64,000 nucleotides of DNA from positions 24,798-88,797 of the forward strand of contig CAYGRO010000003.1 of assembly GCA_964352335.1 (NCBI GenBank), read 5' to 3'. Under the pieces are notes generated by a model that saw only the letters and a program-made list of their open reading frames with translations, searched no databases and was not told the origin of the DNA. Within the stretch, counting starts at the first letter, position 1, and the number at the start of each line of letters is the position of its first letter. Position numbers and translations under genes: made by a program. This document shows, one piece after another, positions 56,698 through 64,000 of the stretch. The stretch is from an uncultured Gammaproteobacteria bacterium. Lineage in GTDB: Bacteria > Patescibacteriota > Patescibacteriia > VMEV01 > CAYQCH01.

Positions 56698-59600
56698 ATG
56701 AAGAATAGTAATCATCATAAAAATGCTTATAAACAAATCATTCAACTAAAGAATGGTGTTCTTAAATATCTTTTACTTTTTCTTCATTTTGTTCAATGGT
56801 CTATACATCTACTTATTCCAGATGAAATCACAGATATCCCTAGTCTTAAAAAAGCCTGGGAAATTGTAAAAACACATCAAAGATTTTACAGGCTACGCTA
56901 TGCATTCGGAACACTCGTACTTCTTACTGCAGTACTTGGTTCATCTGCTTTTTATAGCTTAAAAACGAGTCCTCTCCTTTTAGCAGCTGCAACAACTTTT
57001 CCGTTTACTGTACCAGCAAATTACACCTTCTCCGCAACTGCTATTAGTCTAAATGCAGGGATAGCATCTCTTATTGCTATTGATCAAATTGACGATGATA
57101 ATACAGCTACAGGATTTGCTGGTGGTACATTTTCAGATACAGAATTTTCACTCACAAACTTACAACTAGATGCTACTGGTATTACAAATGGAACAGGTAT
57201 GTTTACTTCTCGAGTCATAGACGCTGGAAGCTCTGTTGCATGGTCTACCTTTAATTGGACACCACAAGCCCCCTACCATAAAGAACTCCCAGACAATGCA
57301 GCCATAGAAACAAACTACACAAATAGAAATGTTTCTATGGTAAATAATGAATTACTCCTTCATTTAAATGAATCAGGTGGCGCAGTAAGTTTTGCAGATA
57401 CTTCTGGAAATGCTGCAAATGGTAGTTGCGCAGATTGCCCTACACAAACAAATGGTCAATTTAACAATGCATTTGAATTTGATGGAGCTACAAATGAAAT
57501 AGAACTACCAAACTCAGTCTTAAACGGAAGCGGTGATTCTAGTATTGCACTTTGGTTTCGAACAGCAAATACGGGCCAACAAGCAATTATTAGTGGAGCA
57601 AATGGATCAAATGACAATGAATACCTTCTCTTTCTTCCAAATCAAACTACTATTGCCTTTTATACAGGAGAAAGCTCAGGAGGAAACACAACTTGGGCTG
57701 TACCGTCTATGGCAGACAATAACTGGCACCATCTCGTACTCACAAGAGATGATTTAAACAATCAAGTATCTGCTTATTTTGATGGATCATTACTTTCTAC
57801 ACAAGGCACCACAATTAACCCTGTTTCAATAGACCTTGGCGGCTTATTTCTTGGGCAAGAGCAAGATTCTGTTGGGGGCGGGTTTACTCCAACACAAGCT
57901 TTTGAAGGCGATATGGATGAAGTAGCTATTTTTTCTCGTGTACTCACCGCATCAGATGTAACCGCTATCTATGAAAGAACATTTCACGATATCCGCTTTC
58001 AACTACGTTCTTGCGACGACTCACTTTGTGATACAGAACTATTTATTGGCCCAGATGGCACAGCTGGAACTTTTTATGACGAATTAGGAAATGCAACTAT
58101 AAACCTACCTTCACAAACTATTACAAATCTTTCAGATAATCGATATTTTCAGTATCAAGCAACACTTACATCTTCAGACAATATTCAAACACCACAAGTG
58201 TCTTCAATTTCTGTAGGCCCTACTCATTTTGATGCAAGCACTCCCTCTATTACTCCATTAACAGGGATTCCATACACTTCACTTACAGGGTTTACAGAAA
58301 CTTTGGGCGGAGGAAATGTAGGAACAGTTCAATACCAAATTTCTAATGACAATGTAACCTATTATTATCATAATGGAGCCAACTGGGTTTCTGCGATTAA
58401 TTCAGCACAAAGTAATACTGCATTAGGCGTGAATGCTCAAATTTCAAGCTTTGTTTCAGACATTGGCACTGGTGACTTCTATTTTAGAGCATTCTTTTTC
58501 TCAACAAACGGAGTTCAGCAAGTTGAGTTAGATGAAGTAAGTATTAGTTTTGAAAATGACCCGGGTAATGGTGGAAACGGAGGAGGCTCTTTCATCTTCT
58601 TAGCTCTCCCTCCAACACCTCCAGCAGAAGGATTTAAGGTTTTGATAAATGAAGACAATGAATTTGCAGAATCTCAAAATGTCACGCTTTCTTTTAATGC
58701 AGGTTCTGACATTAAACTAGTAGAGCTTTCTAATGAAGAAACAATGACTGAGTCTACAACTATTAGCTATAAAGAGGAACTTGCGTGGGACCTTTGTTCA
58801 ATTCGTGGTGAAACACAAAATTCAGTTTGTGAAACAGGAGAAAAAACTGTCTACGCTCGTTTTTCAAAAGGTTTTGGATCTACTCCTTCAGATGTTGTTA
58901 GTGACACCATTATTTTAAATCAAAATGTTGGAACTCCTGTTGAAACACCAAAAGAAACTATAAATGAATCAGAAACAAATCAAACAGAAGAAGAAGACTT
59001 AAATAGCGAAACACCAACGGAAAATACAACCAAAACAACAGAGGAACAGCAAGAATCAACAGAAACTTCTGATGAAACACCCTCTACAGAACAAGTAGAA
59101 ACAGAAATACCTGTAGAAACAACTGAACCGACTCCACCCTCTGCTGAGGAAAATATCAGTCAACAACCTTCACCAACTCTAGAAACAAAACAAGAAACGA
59201 CAGAACCTCTGGTGGCAGAACAGCCCGAAACAGACCAACAACTTCAAGTAACACCAAATGGTATTTTACTAACCTCTTCTATTCCCCCTGGTCCTCTAGG
59301 TCAATCAACTATTCCAACAACTCTCACAGAACCATATGCTGGTTACTACAATGGAGCATTTATTATCTTTACTTCTGGAGATGTTGTAGGACAAATGGCT
59401 CAAATAGAAAAATTTGTAGACGGTCAATTCTTCTTTACTCCCCCATTATCTATTACACCTTCTGTAAATGATCAATTCACAATTACCATTCCATTACAAA
59501 CAGAAGACACAACAATGGTTTCCTCAAATAGTTCTGATCTTCAAGGAATAGCAACAATTTTCCGAGATCTTGTCTATCCAAGAGACCTCATTAGAACAAT

Positions 59601-59733
59601 CTTTTGGGCTGGTGTCTTTATTGGAGCAGGAGTAGCAATTATTCTAACGAGAATCCTTATGATTCTCTGGCAACACCACATGCTCACACATCATGCAACA
59701 AGCATTCCAAAACGCAAAAACAAAAAAACTTGA
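56698..59733 (+). CDS. Large surface protein, paralog 3 of 3
   Basis: 1011 aa, colinear with paralogs 1 and 2 (TFPFTVPANYTFS...IDQIDDDNTATGFAGGTFSDT...; GDMDEVAIFSRVLTASDVTAIYERT). Confidence 0.6.
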   Translation: MKNSNHHKNAYKQIIQLKNGVLKYLLLFLHFVQWSIHLLIPDEITDIPSLKKAWEIVKTHQRFYRLRYAFGTLVLLTAVLGSSAFYSLKTSPLLLAAATTFPFTVPANYTFSATAISLNAGIASLIAIDQIDDDNTATGFAGGTFSDTEFSLTNLQLDATGITNGTGMFTSRVIDAGSSVAWSTFNWTPQAPYHKELPDNAAIETNYTNRNVSMVNNELLLHLNESGGAVSFADTSGNAANGSCADCPTQTNGQFNNAFEFDGATNEIELPNSVLNGSGDSSIALWFRTANTGQQAIISGANGSNDNEYLLFLPNQTTIAFYTGESSGGNTTWAVPSMADNNWHHLVLTRDDLNNQVSAYFDGSLLSTQGTTINPVSIDLGGLFLGQEQDSVGGGFTPTQAFEGDMDEVAIFSRVLTASDVTAIYERTFHDIRFQLRSCDDSLCDTELFIGPDGTAGTFYDELGNATINLPSQTITNLSDNRYFQYQATLTSSDNIQTPQVSSISVGPTHFDASTPSITPLTGIPYTSLTGFTETLGGGNVGTVQYQISNDNVTYYYHNGANWVSAINSAQSNTALGVNAQISSFVSDIGTGDFYFRAFFFSTNGVQQVELDEVSISFENDPGNGGNGGGSFIFLALPPTPPAEGFKVLINEDNEFAESQNVTLSFNAGSDIKLVELSNEETMTESTTISYKEELAWDLCSIRGETQNSVCETGEKTVYARFSKGFGSTPSDVVSDTIILNQNVGTPVETPKETINESETNQTEEEDLNSETPTENTTKTTEEQQESTETSDETPSTEQVETEIPVETTEPTPPSAEENISQQPSPTLETKQETTEPLVAEQPETDQQLQVTPNGILLTSSIPPGPLGQSTIPTTLTEPYAGYYNGAFIIFTSGDVVGQMAQIEKFVDGQFFFTPPLSITPSVNDQFTITIPLQTEDTTMVSSNSSDLQGIATIFRDLVYPRDLIRTIFWAGVFIGAGVAIILTRILMILWQHHMLTHHATSIPKRKNKKT

Positions 59734-59776
59734 TAGATCTCTATCAAGTTTTTTTTAACTTCAAAGTCCCCGCTCT

Positions 59777-59923
59777 TTATTTCAAAAGCCCAGCAAGCCC
59801 CAAAAGCACAAAAGCAATACCACTAATCATTGGTGGATTAATAGCACCTTTTCCAAAAGTCACGATCATATAAAGACCTAGAAGTAATGTGATTACGTAG
59901 AGGACTGATTTGAATGGTTTCAT
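59777..59923 (-). CDS. Possible 48-aa two-TM micro-protein
   Basis: My own translation reads MKPFKSVLYVITLLLGLYMIVTFGKGAINPPMISGIAFVLLGLAGLLK. It is below the ORF-track cutoff. Confidence 0.2.
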   Translation of the reverse strand: MKPFKSVLYVITLLLGLYMIVTFGKGAINPPMISGIAFVLLGLAGLLK

Positions 59924-59989
59924 AAAAATGTAGTTATGTTTATGAGCTTAGTATAGCAAAAAAACTCACCGAACTGATGAGCTATTATT

Positions 59990-60075
59990 TGGTTCCCAGA
60001 CAGGGATTCGAACTCCGATTCCATGGACCAGCCCTCCTTCGCTGAAGATTCGTAGGACAAGAACCATAAAATAAA
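59990..60075 (-). pseudogene. tRNA-like element whose 3' ~42 nt (through an encoded CCA) are near-identical to the 3' half of the adjacent tRNA-Gln; no canonical 5' half could be folded
   Basis: The minus-sense sequence ctggtccatggaatcggagttcgaatccctgtctgggaacca matches ctggtccatagaatcggggttcgaatcctcgtctcggaa of the tRNA-Gln. The T-arm is intact, but the 5' acceptor strand needed to pair with TCTGGGA is absent. Confidence 0.35.
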
Positions 60076-60086
60076 CAGTCACTCTG

Positions 60087-60157
60087 TTCCGAGACGAGGA
60101 TTCGAACCCCGATTCTATGGACCAGAACCATATGTCCTACCATTAGACGATCTCGGA
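60087..60157 (-). tRNA. tRNA-Gln (anticodon CUG)
   Basis: Manual fold: acceptor TCCGAGA/TCTCGGA, D-stem GTCT/GGAC with loop AATGGTA, anticodon stem TATGG/CCATA with loop TTCTGGT (anticodon CTG), variable loop GAAT, T-arm CGGGG-TTCGAAT-CCTCG, discriminator A. CCA is not encoded. Confidence 0.7.
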
Positions 60158-60209
60158 ACACAAAGACCGTTTATCAAACTTGTCACCTGCAACCTGAAAA
60201 CCTGCCCCA

Positions 60210-61988
60210 CTACTCCATCACACTTCCACCAAAGGCTTCTGCTAATTGAGAAAACTCGTTTAATAAGGCTTCTTTTTCTTCTTGTTTAGGCTCTTCTACA
60301 TCTCCGCCACTTACATAATCCATATTTTCATCAATCGCTAGCTCAAATTGCATTCTTTTTCCTGGTAACATCCTTGCTCCATGCTCAATAAGGATGTTTT
60401 TTGAACGAGCAACATGGTCATAATGCATTTGAAAACGAAAGGCTAATAATGCACCACCGCTTTCACTCTGACGCAATTCCCCTGTTCTCATGACAATAAA
60501 AAGAGAGTGAGAAGCGTCAGACAATTTATTCATGAATTCTCGCCAAACTCCTTCAATTTCTTCAAATGTCGCCAAAGGAGCATTCGGATCAACTTCAACA
60601 GATTCTAAAACAATATCCGCTGTTTCTTTCGTGCCCCCTCTGTCACTAGTCGCTTCGCTCCGCGTGACATCTCCCCCGACCTTACGTCCGGAGAGAGAAT
60701 TTTGATTGATTCCAGTTTGTTTCTGATTTTGTAATTCTGTAGCTTTGACGTTTTGCAAGTTTGCAGGTTTATTTTTTTGTTCATTTGTATTTTCAACTGG
60801 TGCTTTTGGGAGTGGTGCCGGTTTAGTCATTAGTGGTGGTGGTGGCGGTGACGAAGCAACAGGTGGTACAGAATTGGGAGCAGATTGTATTTGAGGTTGT
60901 TTACTCAATTCAACAATAGCTAATTCCAAGGGCAATTTCCCTTCATTGAAGTTTTTTAATTGCTCTCTTCGCTTCATTAAAATATCAATAGACCACAATA
61001 ATTTTTCGGCAGAATACCTCTGTGCAATAGCTTTAATTTGTTCTAATTGATCATTACCCACAATTCCATCAAAAATATCAGGGTGACTCCCAATAATCAT
61101 GAGCATCATTTCGTGGGCAAATTCAATTAATTCAGTGCAATAATGTTGAAAACGAATTCCTTGTTTCCCTAATTCATCTAAAAGCAACATCCCTTCTGAC
61201 ATCTTTGCTTGTGAAACCAAATCAAAAAAACGAATAACATGCTCCATATTCGTCACTGGTAAAACCAATGAAGCAGATTCTGGAGTGATATCACCAGGGA
61301 TGCTTAATACTTGCCCCAATAAAGACATCGCATCTCGAATATGCCCTGTGCTTTTTTTCACAATTGTCGCAATAACAGCTTCATCAACTTTTCTTTCTTC
61401 TTTTTTAACCAATTCTGTTAAATACTCTTTTAATAAAGCAGATTCAACTGGATGAAAATCAAAACGCTGACATCGAGAAATAATTGTTTCAGGAATCTTA
61501 TGAATTTCTGTGGTTGCCAAAATAAATAAAACACGTTCCGGCGGTTCTTCGATTGTTTTTAAAAGCGCATTAAAAGAATGCGTCGATAACATATGTACTT
61601 CATCGATAATAAACACTTTATACTCATCTCCCTTAACAGCTACACGAGCATTCGCAATAATATTATCTCGAATATTTTCTACACCAGTTTGTGAAGCAGC
61701 ATCAACTTCAATCAAATTTAATGATTTCCCTGCGGTAATATTTTTACAAGAATCACAAGTATTACAAGGTTCACCTTCTGTTGATTTTCTTGTTGAACAA
61801 TTTAAGGCTTTTGCTAAAACACGAGCAGAGGTTGTTTTTCCAATCCCTCGAGGACCGTAAAATAAAAAAGCATGGGGTAATTTCCCCGTAATTAATTCTT
61901 GTTGAATCGTGCTTTTTACATGCTCTTGATTCACTATTTCCGCAAAGGTTTGCGGTCGATATTTACGATAAAGGGTCACAGAAGCCAT
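60210..61988 (-). CDS. dnaX: DNA polymerase III subunit gamma/tau
   Basis: N-terminus MASVTLYRKYRPQTFAEIVNQEHV, AAA+ P-loop GPRGIGKTTSARVLAKAL and the clamp-loader zinc module CNTCDSC. Confidence 0.9.
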   Translation of the reverse strand: MASVTLYRKYRPQTFAEIVNQEHVKSTIQQELITGKLPHAFLFYGPRGIGKTTSARVLAKALNCSTRKSTEGEPCNTCDSCKNITAGKSLNLIEVDAASQTGVENIRDNIIANARVAVKGDEYKVFIIDEVHMLSTHSFNALLKTIEEPPERVLFILATTEIHKIPETIISRCQRFDFHPVESALLKEYLTELVKKEERKVDEAVIATIVKKSTGHIRDAMSLLGQVLSIPGDITPESASLVLPVTNMEHVIRFFDLVSQAKMSEGMLLLDELGKQGIRFQHYCTELIEFAHEMMLMIIGSHPDIFDGIVGNDQLEQIKAIAQRYSAEKLLWSIDILMKRREQLKNFNEGKLPLELAIVELSKQPQIQSAPNSVPPVASSPPPPPLMTKPAPLPKAPVENTNEQKNKPANLQNVKATELQNQKQTGINQNSLSGRKVGGDVTRSEATSDRGGTKETADIVLESVEVDPNAPLATFEEIEGVWREFMNKLSDASHSLFIVMRTGELRQSESGGALLAFRFQMHYDHVARSKNILIEHGARMLPGKRMQFELAIDENMDYVSGGDVEEPKQEEKEALLNEFSQLAEAFGGSVME

Positions 61989-62035
61989 GTTTTTGGGGTA
62001 AATTTAGTAGTATGAGTATACTTTATTTAAACGTG

Positions 62036-62165
62036 GGTTTCAAGGGTAGTGAACCCCTGCCTGCCGGCAGGCAGGCTCCCTCTCTTTCCTAGGGAGAGAA
62101 AAATGAAACTGTAACAAAAAACCTCCCTAGGAAAGGGAGGAAATGCGTAATACCCGAAGGGTATA
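62036..62165. repeat. Cluster of GC-rich hairpins between the dnaX start and the upstream gene: a 20-nt perfect palindrome (cctgcctgccggcaggcagg), then ctccctctctttcctagggagag, cctccctaggaaagggagg and atacccgaagggtat
   Basis: Read directly from the sequence. It carries the same ccctcc/ggaggg-type arms as the other palindromic repeats. Confidence 0.5.
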
Positions 62166-62185
62166 AGCGAAGGTGGTTTCATGTA

Positions 62186-62824
62186 CTAAATCTCTTCAAA
62201 AGGGTCATTCCCATCGGCAGAGCCAATAATATTGTCGACAGCAGCCCAAGCGCTTTGACCACCGGGAGGAGTTAAAATAATAACTTCATCCCCTGCTTTT
62301 CCATGATAATAGGTTACAGAAGCTAATAAAACTTTATATAATTTTTTATCTACCAATACTCGAAATTCTCCTGTTTCTTTATCTTTGACTAAACTTCCAC
62401 GTAAACGATCTCGATCAATTGGTTTGATTTGTTTATAAATAAAAGCTCCATCATTTGCAATGGTAAGCTTAAGCAAATCACCTTCTACTAATTTAGACTT
62501 AGAAGCATAATTTGCAGGAATAGAATACTTTTTTCCATCTGGCCCAATCATTTGGTAACCATCAAAAACACCTTCGATAATACTTCCTTCATCACCAGTA
62601 CTTTCATCTGGAGTCATTTGGAACCGATCCATATCTTCATCCGTCATTTCCATTTTTCCATTTTCCATATCACGAACCATAGCCTCGACATTGGCGAGAC
62701 TTTGTTTCATTTGATCTAAAATTTTATGGACTGCTTTTAGTTTTGCATCCTCCATAGTTTTTGTTTTGCGTTTTGTTTTATTTTTGCGCAACTTTTTACT
62801 TCTATCTACACTAAATTGTAACAA
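62186..62824 (-). CDS. Hypothetical conserved protein (212 aa; acidic N-terminal half, beta-rich C-terminal half)
   Basis: ORF only. The true start may be the internal MEDAKLKAV. Confidence 0.35.
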   Translation of the reverse strand: MLQFSVDRSKKLRKNKTKRKTKTMEDAKLKAVHKILDQMKQSLANVEAMVRDMENGKMEMTDEDMDRFQMTPDESTGDEGSIIEGVFDGYQMIGPDGKKYSIPANYASKSKLVEGDLLKLTIANDGAFIYKQIKPIDRDRLRGSLVKDKETGEFRVLVDKKLYKVLLASVTYYHGKAGDEVIILTPPGGQSAWAAVDNIIGSADGNDPFEEI

Positions 62825-62904
62825 TGTTTGTCAAATTGTGGAAGTGGATAACGGAAAAACAATTGACAGTTGACCTTTGACTACTGACAACACCGCATCT
62901 TGTC

Positions 62905-62947
62905 ATTCCCGCCCCGCATCAAGTGCGGGATAAACTCCGGCGGGAAT
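62905..62947. repeat. Nested GC-rich palindrome (attcccgcc ccgcatcaagtgcggg ... ggcgggaat)
   Basis: Read directly from the sequence. Confidence 0.4.
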
Positions 62948-63228
62948 CTAGAGGATAGATAAGAAATTATTTTATAATCCTGAACAAACCTTTGTATTCT
63001 TCATACCAGAAGTAGTCGGTACTCCCCAAATCGTAAGTCCTTTCAAAGCAAGTTCGTGATGAGACAAACAAAGCTGTTGATTTTTTTCTGTCAAAGGGAA
63101 AAAGTGATAATAGATGCCCCAAGTAATAGGAGGAGTTAACCAAAATAAACAACAACAAACAAATAATGCTATTGGGACACAAATTATGATAAAGATACTT
63201 TTTATCAGTTTCATACAGGTTTTCTTTC

Positions 63229-63280
63229 ACCTCTCCTCCCTGCCAAGGGGGAGATGCCCGATAGGACAGAGGGGGTATTC
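63229..63280. repeat. GC-rich palindromic repeat copy (cacctctcctccctgccaagggggagatg ... agagggggtattc)
   Basis: ctcc/ggag-type arms as in the other family members. It overlaps weak small ORFs. Confidence 0.4.
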
Positions 63281-64000
63281 TACAAATCATCAAAAGGACT
63301 TCTAGCTTTTGGTTTCGCTAATTTTACTTTTACCCGATCTCGAATTTCATTTTCTACTTCCATACGAGGCTTACCGTATTTAAGTCGTGATAATTCTGCA
63401 ATGGCTTGTTGAATTTCTAAATTATGCCCCTCATCTAATGGCAATCCTTTCATGCTAAATGGTTTAAGCGTTTGGTTTTGTACCAACAGTTTAACGTAAC
63501 TTGTATATTGCTCCACGTTTAAGACATCATATTCATTAAAGACAGGGGCAAATTCTTTGGCGAATGTTTCGGCATCTTCTACACCAATTTTAAACGCACA
63601 AATAGTACCAACGTTTCCAAAGACAGCATCTTTGATTTCTGAATCTCCATTTTCTACTAATTGCCCAACATATTGATGCGCAATAACTAAATTGAGTAAA
63701 TACTTACGAGCTTCAGATAAAATAATGGCAATAGAATCTGTTGTGAAGTTTTGGAATTCATCGATATATAAATAAAAATCTTTTCTATCCGCTTTTGGCT
63801 GGTCGGTTCTACTTAAAGCAGACATCAAGATCTTCCCTACAATAACCATCCCTAAAAGATGGGCATTTAATTCCCCAATTTTTCCTTTTGATAATTTAAC
63901 CAAAAGGATTTTTTGTGAGTCCATTAATTCTCTAAAGTTAAACGCACTTTTTTGCTGACCAATAATTGGTCGCATAACGTCATTGGCAACGAATTGATTT
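63280..64000 (-). CDS. C-terminal part of a P-loop NTPase (VirD4/TraG- or HerA/FtsK-like ATPase); the N-terminus lies beyond the window end
   Basis: Walker-B-like YIDEFQNF, followed by a conserved AHQ segment. The reading frame stays open upstream of the first Met to position 64000. Confidence 0.35.
   Translation of the reverse strand, partial: NQFVANDVMRPIIGQQKSAFNFRELMDSQKILLVKLSKGKIGELNAHLLGMVIVGKILMSALSRTDQPKADRKDFYLYIDEFQNFTTDSIAIILSEARKYLLNLVIAHQYVGQLVENGDSEIKDAVFGNVGTICAFKIGVEDAETFAKEFAPVFNEYDVLNVEQYTSYVKLLVQNQTLKPFSMKGLPLDEGHNLEIQQAIAELSRLKYGKPRMEVENEIRDRVKVKLAKPKARSPFDDL

Noticed and set aside
60087-60157. Possibility that the tRNA is on the plus strand
   Set aside because: Only the minus-strand reading gives the G53/C61 T-arm (CGGGG-TTCGAAT-CCTCG), a 7-bp acceptor, U33 and a standard cloverleaf. 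TTCGAA is palindromic, so both strands were tested.
62967-63293. Overlapping 108-aa and 80-aa minus ORFs between the 62186..62824 gene and the terminal ATPase gene
   Set aside because: They start inside a GC-palindromic repeat and overlap each other in different frames. They give hydrophobic, Cys-rich, low-complexity translations, so no confident gene could be called.

Overview
This is an AT-rich bacterial chromosomal segment. The gene content and architecture look like a small-genome, possibly Candidate-Phyla-Radiation/Patescibacteria-like organism; that is inference from weak Shine-Dalgarno use, giant surface proteins and a fused murG-murC, and no homology search was possible. Most genes are housekeeping, many in long minus-strand operons. 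They include murA (partial), a nucleotide-sugar cluster (rmlA-like, rfbB, two NUDIX, HIT, HAD), eno, hisS, gap, tsf, rpsB, secA, a cell-wall block (murB, murG-murC fusion, ftsW, murD, pgeF-like), an SOS pair (dinB with lexA), a complete sufBCDSU operon, dnaX and a tRNA-Gln.

Several features stand out against that background:
- Three short islands of much higher GC carry foreign-looking genes: a hypothetical pair, a Big_2 lipoprotein and a purine nucleoside phosphorylase.
- A tandem array of three ~1011-aa paralogous LamG-type surface proteins sits next to a small protein with two sigma-70 region-4-like domains.
- There is a 1199-aa secreted coiled-coil protein.
- A dispersed family of GC-rich palindromic intergenic repeats occurs in at least six to seven copies.
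- A ~35-nt conserved motif built from the 11-mer AATCTACGAAT recurs upstream of lexA, secA and the rmlA-like operon and within the SOS locus.
- Matching inverted repeats sit around the translation starts of eno and tsf.
- A 3'-half duplicate of tRNA-Gln lies beside the intact tRNA.

No CRISPR array, rRNA or recognisable transposase was seen.
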